NCBI GenBank assembly: GCA_002633005.1
Contig: NMRA01000319.1
Span: forward strand, 1 to 40,247
DNA from: Phoronis australis
Lineage: Eukaryota; Animalia; Phoronida
Direction: 5' to 3'
DNA length: 40,247 bases
Within the stretch, counting starts at the first letter, position 1, and every line of letters starts with the position of its first letter. Of the stretch, positions 35,923 through 40,247 are shown one piece after another. The translations under genes were made by a program, and so were the position numbers. The notes under the pieces were generated by a model. That model saw nothing but the letters and a program-made list of their open reading frames with translations, did not search any database and was not told the DNA's origin.

Positions 35923-37551
35923 ACAAGAGCAACGCATAGCTCTGAAACGCACTCACGAATGCACCGCAAACAGTGTGCTTCTAGGTGTGTTTATTTGGAA
36001 CATAAAAATGGCCACTAGATGACGCGAAATTCGTCGAATCCATCCGAAAACTGGTATGTGTCGTCAAAGCTATTTGCCAAATTTCATAAAAATCTGTCAA
36101 CAAAACTTCTGAGAAACAAAAAAAAACGAAAAAAAAAATGAAATTGCCACTTGGAGGCTATAGGCGCAAAAATACATAACTGCAACTAAGAGGTGCCGCA
36201 GTAGATGAAGTTGTCCGAAAATCGTCAGACTTCCTCTTTACATTAGGAACATACATGCCAATTTCCAGAACCATCCTTAGAAAGGTTTGGTTGACACAGG
36301 GGCAGACCCCAAGACTTGAAAACAGCAAAAATGCCCACTAGGTGGCAAAAATACCACAAATCAAATCGAAAATCAGAAGATAGCATCAACTCACTAATAG
36401 ATGCTTATCTGCCAAATTTTATGAAAATCAGTTAATGACATTTAAAGATAAACAGGTAAAATAAAAAAATAAAATTGCCCCTAGGGGGCACACCAGTAGT
36501 CTGATTCATGCTAAAGTCGTCATCGCTTGTTGTCAATAGTACACTTGCTACATTTATGAAGATCCTGCAGAGAGTTTAGGAGATACAGACATGGGCGTAA
36601 AAAATCGCCACTAGGAGGTGCCACAGCTGTTGAGGTCATCGGAAAATCATTGTCAGTCCTCCTCTTCATATTAAGAACATACATGACAATTTCCACAACC
36701 ATACTTAGAGTGGTTTCGTTGACAGAGGGGTAGATGCCAAAAAACTCGAAAACAGTAAAATTGGCCACTAGGTGGTGCAAAATACCTCGAATTCAATCAA
36801 AAGCCGGAAGATAGCATCACCTCACTAATAGATGCCTATCTGCTAAATTTTATGAAAATCTGTTGACAACCCTTGAAGATACTGACAGAGGTAAACATAG
36901 AAAACTAAAATTGCCACTAGGGTGCACACCGGTAGTCGATCCGTCTGAAAGTCGTCATCCTCTGTTGTCAACTTTGTATAAATATACTAGCAAAATTTCA
37001 AAAAGATCCTGTAGAGCGTTTAGAAATAAGGCCATTGGCGCAAAAACAAACAAAATTGCCTTTAGGAGGCGCCACAGTAGTCAATGTCCTCAGAAAATCA
37101 TCGTCAGCTGCCCTCTTCACAGTAAGAACATATTTGCCAACTTTCAAAATCATCCCAAGAGCGGTTTGATTGATAGAAGGGAAGACACCAAAAAGCATAC
37201 TCGAAAACAGTAAAAATGGCCACTAGGTGGTGCAAAGTACCTCGGATCCATCTGAGAATGTGAGGATGTCATCATCTCCATAATAGAGGCCTGACTGTCA
37301 AATTTTATGAAAATCCGTTGTCCAGAGGACCTCCAAAGATATAGGGGAAAAACTAAAATTGCCACTAGGGGGGCACAACGGTAGTCATAGAGGTCTAAAA
37401 TTCGTCACCATCCGTCATCAGCTTCATAGAAACACATTTGCCAAATCTCATCAAGATCCTGTGAGGGGTTTAGGAGATACAGCTGCAGACACCGGACACC
37501 AAGACAGAGATGACGGCAATATGCGACCACATATAAATATGTTGGCGCATA
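35923..37551 (+). mobile_element. Helentron-associated (HINE/DINE-like) non-autonomous element with internal tandem array
   Basis: Starts acaagag; ~140-150-bp subunits (gccactaggNgg, aaattttatgaaaatc); short GACA-rich tract; 3' hairpin tatgcgaccacatat-aa-atatgttggcgcata, then an A-run. Confidence 0.7.
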
Positions 37552-38023
37552 AAAATGTTCCACTTTTGTGTGAGGGGAACCAAAAATAGTAAGAAAAATT
37601 GTACGTCATTAAAACGACATTGAAATAAATTAGATGATTACAACAACGTTTTTTTCAGACTGATCTTGAACATTTGCATCAGACTTGACTGAATTAATGT
37701 GTCTTGTGGGAGAAAAATCATTGAAATGGCTAGAAGTTAACAGATCAGTTTTTTGAAATTCGAAACTAAAAGAAAATGTTTTGATATCAACAGAAATCTA
37801 AAATATAAACGAACAAACCCAAAAATACTTGGTGAGCAGGTTGAATTATGTTTCAGTGGCAGAGAACCACTTTCAATTTTGCAACTTAGTCTCACTGTTA
37901 ATCGTATTTCAGGCCTCTTTAACTGCAAAGACAAATTGACTATTAAAGAAAGTTAGGTTTAAAAGAAAAATAAATGAGCAGACCCAGGTAAATGATAACC
38001 AAGATGAAAGCTAAAGTACGTAC

Positions 38024-38151
38024 ACGTTGTCTCCCCTGACAATGTATAACCCTAGGACGACCTGTTCAATGCCTTGTGAAGTGCTGAACACACGTTCATG
38101 ACTCTCATCCAGTATTAAGTTAATGGTCTGGTCAAAGCCTTTCAAAGTACC
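38024..38151 (-). CDS. LSM8: LSM8 coding exon 3
   Basis: tttttag|GTLKGFDQTINLILDESHERVFSTSQGIEQVVLGLYIVRGDN(V)|gtacgt, 128 nt, Sm1/Sm2 motifs. Confidence 0.98.
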
Positions 38152-38819
38152 CTAAAAAGAAAACAATAACGTTATGATGCTTCTTAAGATCACAATGAAA
38201 ATTTCTGATTTTAATCAGTTCATTAGAAACATTAGCAACACGGAGACTTACTTATCATGACCTGGGAGTGTACTGGGCAGATGGCATTTTTGAGACCGCA
38301 ACTTGTAACTGTTACACAAGGCCTGATATTCACCTGAGTAATTATGTACTTGGCAGTGCCGAATATACTCAAATGGAAACTTAACTGGTATTTCCATCTC
38401 ACTAAAATTTTGCAGGTTTTGTTGTCAATTTTTCATGAAAATGATGACAGTTTCAGGGTTTAACTGCATATTTGTCTCCAAAAATATATCCTAGGCACAT
38501 TATTTTTCAAAACTGAATCTTTTGTTACTATTACTGGTCGTATATTAGTCTGGGTTTGCATGTGGAGAAATTTTGGCATGGGAAGAAACATTTAACAAAG
38601 ACAGCGATTTAAAAAGGCAAAAAATGTCTGGTCCATTTTGTGCCATTATGTGTTTTTTTGTTAGTATCCATCACGTATTCTGTTTCTTTTGTGACTTACT
38701 TCAGGGTTGGCAGAGATTTTCAGGCTAGAGATCAGTGAATATTTTGAATAAATCCGAGCAATAAGTTTTTATTTGTCTACAAGAAACTGCAAAATAAGTA
38801 AATGGCCAATGAGCATGTC

Positions 38820-39045
38820 TGACTTGGGTTCATTATCAGATTCACAGCACCAGGTCACAGGTTCGAAAAAATGCATAGATATTCTCCCTCCCTTGCGTCA
38901 CCATGACGACAGCTGGTCTGCTTCGTCTTCCTCCACTTTGCACCAGAACTGTGTGTAAGCAACTTTTCAGCTAATGAAAGGATTTTCTTCATCAACTGCC
39001 GCCATGCCAGCATGTTCTGTCAGAGGCAGCGACTTCCCATAAAAA
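38820..39045 (-). mobile_element. Possible decayed RTE-type LINE 3' fragment
   Basis: LWEVAASDRTCW...ILSLAEK resembles the W..A.DR..WR tail of RTE ORFs. Frameshifted. Confidence 0.35.
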
Positions 39046-39108
39046 CAGATTGATTCCAAGTACTCTAAGCCTTTTTGTTAGTCATTGTGATGATAAGAGA
39101 ATACTTAC

Positions 39109-39149
39109 CACAATCATTCTGCCATCAGCCGTGATGACCGAAACAGTGT
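39109..39149 (-). CDS. LSM8: LSM8 coding exon 2
   Basis: ctcttag|xTVSVITADGRMIV|gtaagt, 41 nt, phase 1-0. Exon 1 not found in the window. Confidence 0.95.
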
Positions 39150-40247
39150 CTAAGAGGTATAGTTAAGGAGCAGATTCACATAATTTCTGAAACTTTACAG
39201 GACTTCCACAATAGTAATTTAGAAGAGCCTTACACTCTGAGAACCAGTTTTCACCACTGAATAACGGGCATTAAACTGGTTCTCAAAATCTGGGACCCCT
39301 GGAAGTGACAAACAACAGTTCAAGTGCCACAGATAATAAAAAAGGAGTTGTGCAGGTGTCTATTCAATTGAAAATAGATTTTTGTGGAGGTGATCTTGCA
39401 GTGCTAAATTGCATTGCAAGCACAGAATGGTAATAATCTCATTGAACAGTTTCGCTATCCAAAAAATGAAGAATAAGACACAAAGAAAGCAAGCGTGATT
39501 TCGGTAAAATTTCAGGCCGACTGACTTAAAATTGGAGGCCACTTTTTTAATTGCAAAAATCCGACAGGTACTTTATGACAAAGTGGGAGTACTTGATTAC
39601 AGCACACTTGCGTGAAGAGTCGAAAATGTTCCGGAAGCAATAAATTGCTCAGAAAATAGCATTCTGAAATTAATTACAAATTAATATTGACTGCAGATCA
39701 TCAAAATCAAGGATGGGTGGAGTGTTCCTTGCTGGCAGCCTAGTAGAATTCAACATGTTCCACATCGGATATCTCACTGAGCTTTCCTGTAGCAAATCGC
39801 AATTGGTCAGATGGAGTTTGACTGACGTCTTGCAAGCTGGGCACAGGAAGCATTAGTTAGACCCTGTCGGCCAATAGCGGAGTTGCAACGCCGCCATATT
39901 GGAAGTGGGTCAGAATGTTGCATTGTGGTTAAGCCGGTAAACAAGTACGTCGGCAAGCGTGGGGGCGAACCGGCCACAGGGAGGTTATACGTGTTGTGTG
40001 CCTGGCATGCTATAATACCAGTTAGCGAAATAAAAAATTTAGTTACTACCTGTTTCCCAAGGATCAAGAACTGCGTTAAACATGGGTCAGAGACATCGGT
40101 AGAGCTGGTAGCAAAGGCCGACTTCGTGAATTCTTTCCGACTTCGTAGCATAAAGTGTGCAGCGCTCATTTTGAGGGCGGCAAGAAAACGTATCTTAGAA
40201 ACTGCCCAACAATATCTCCCTTCAAAGAAACAGTAACAAATACTCCA

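Noticed and set aside
39807-40236. Overlapping 120-aa and 117-aa ORFs, or LSM8 exon 1
   Set aside because: No recognisable motifs, and no ATG-initiated ~31-nt phase-1 exon resembling the LSM8 N-terminus.

Overview
AT-rich metazoan genomic DNA, probably from an invertebrate such as a mollusc (inferred from TTAGGG-type repeats and the repeat families). It holds two recognisable spliced genes in convergent orientation: a TATDN2-like TatD nuclease (+, seven predicted coding exons, ~17110-29388, ~860 aa) and LSM8 (-, coding exons 2-4 at 34038-39149; exon 1 not found). An orphan coding exon lies at 237-407. The first 16 kb is mostly decayed repeats: a ~2.2 kb back-to-back (CCCTAA)n/(TTAGGG)n telomere-like palindrome, two HERO-like RLE retrotransposon fragments in head-to-tail order, a THAP fragment, an RTEX-like LINE whose 5' half is inverted relative to its RT half, and several MITEs. 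The best lead is a candidate non-circularly permuted hammerhead ribozyme (4044-4112, -) in the HERO 3' UTR, sitting between the two tandem copies. Single-N gaps at 11310 and 21054 flank near-identical duplicates that are probably allelic haplotypes, one of which lacks 1483 bp. All calls were made by eye; no searches were run.
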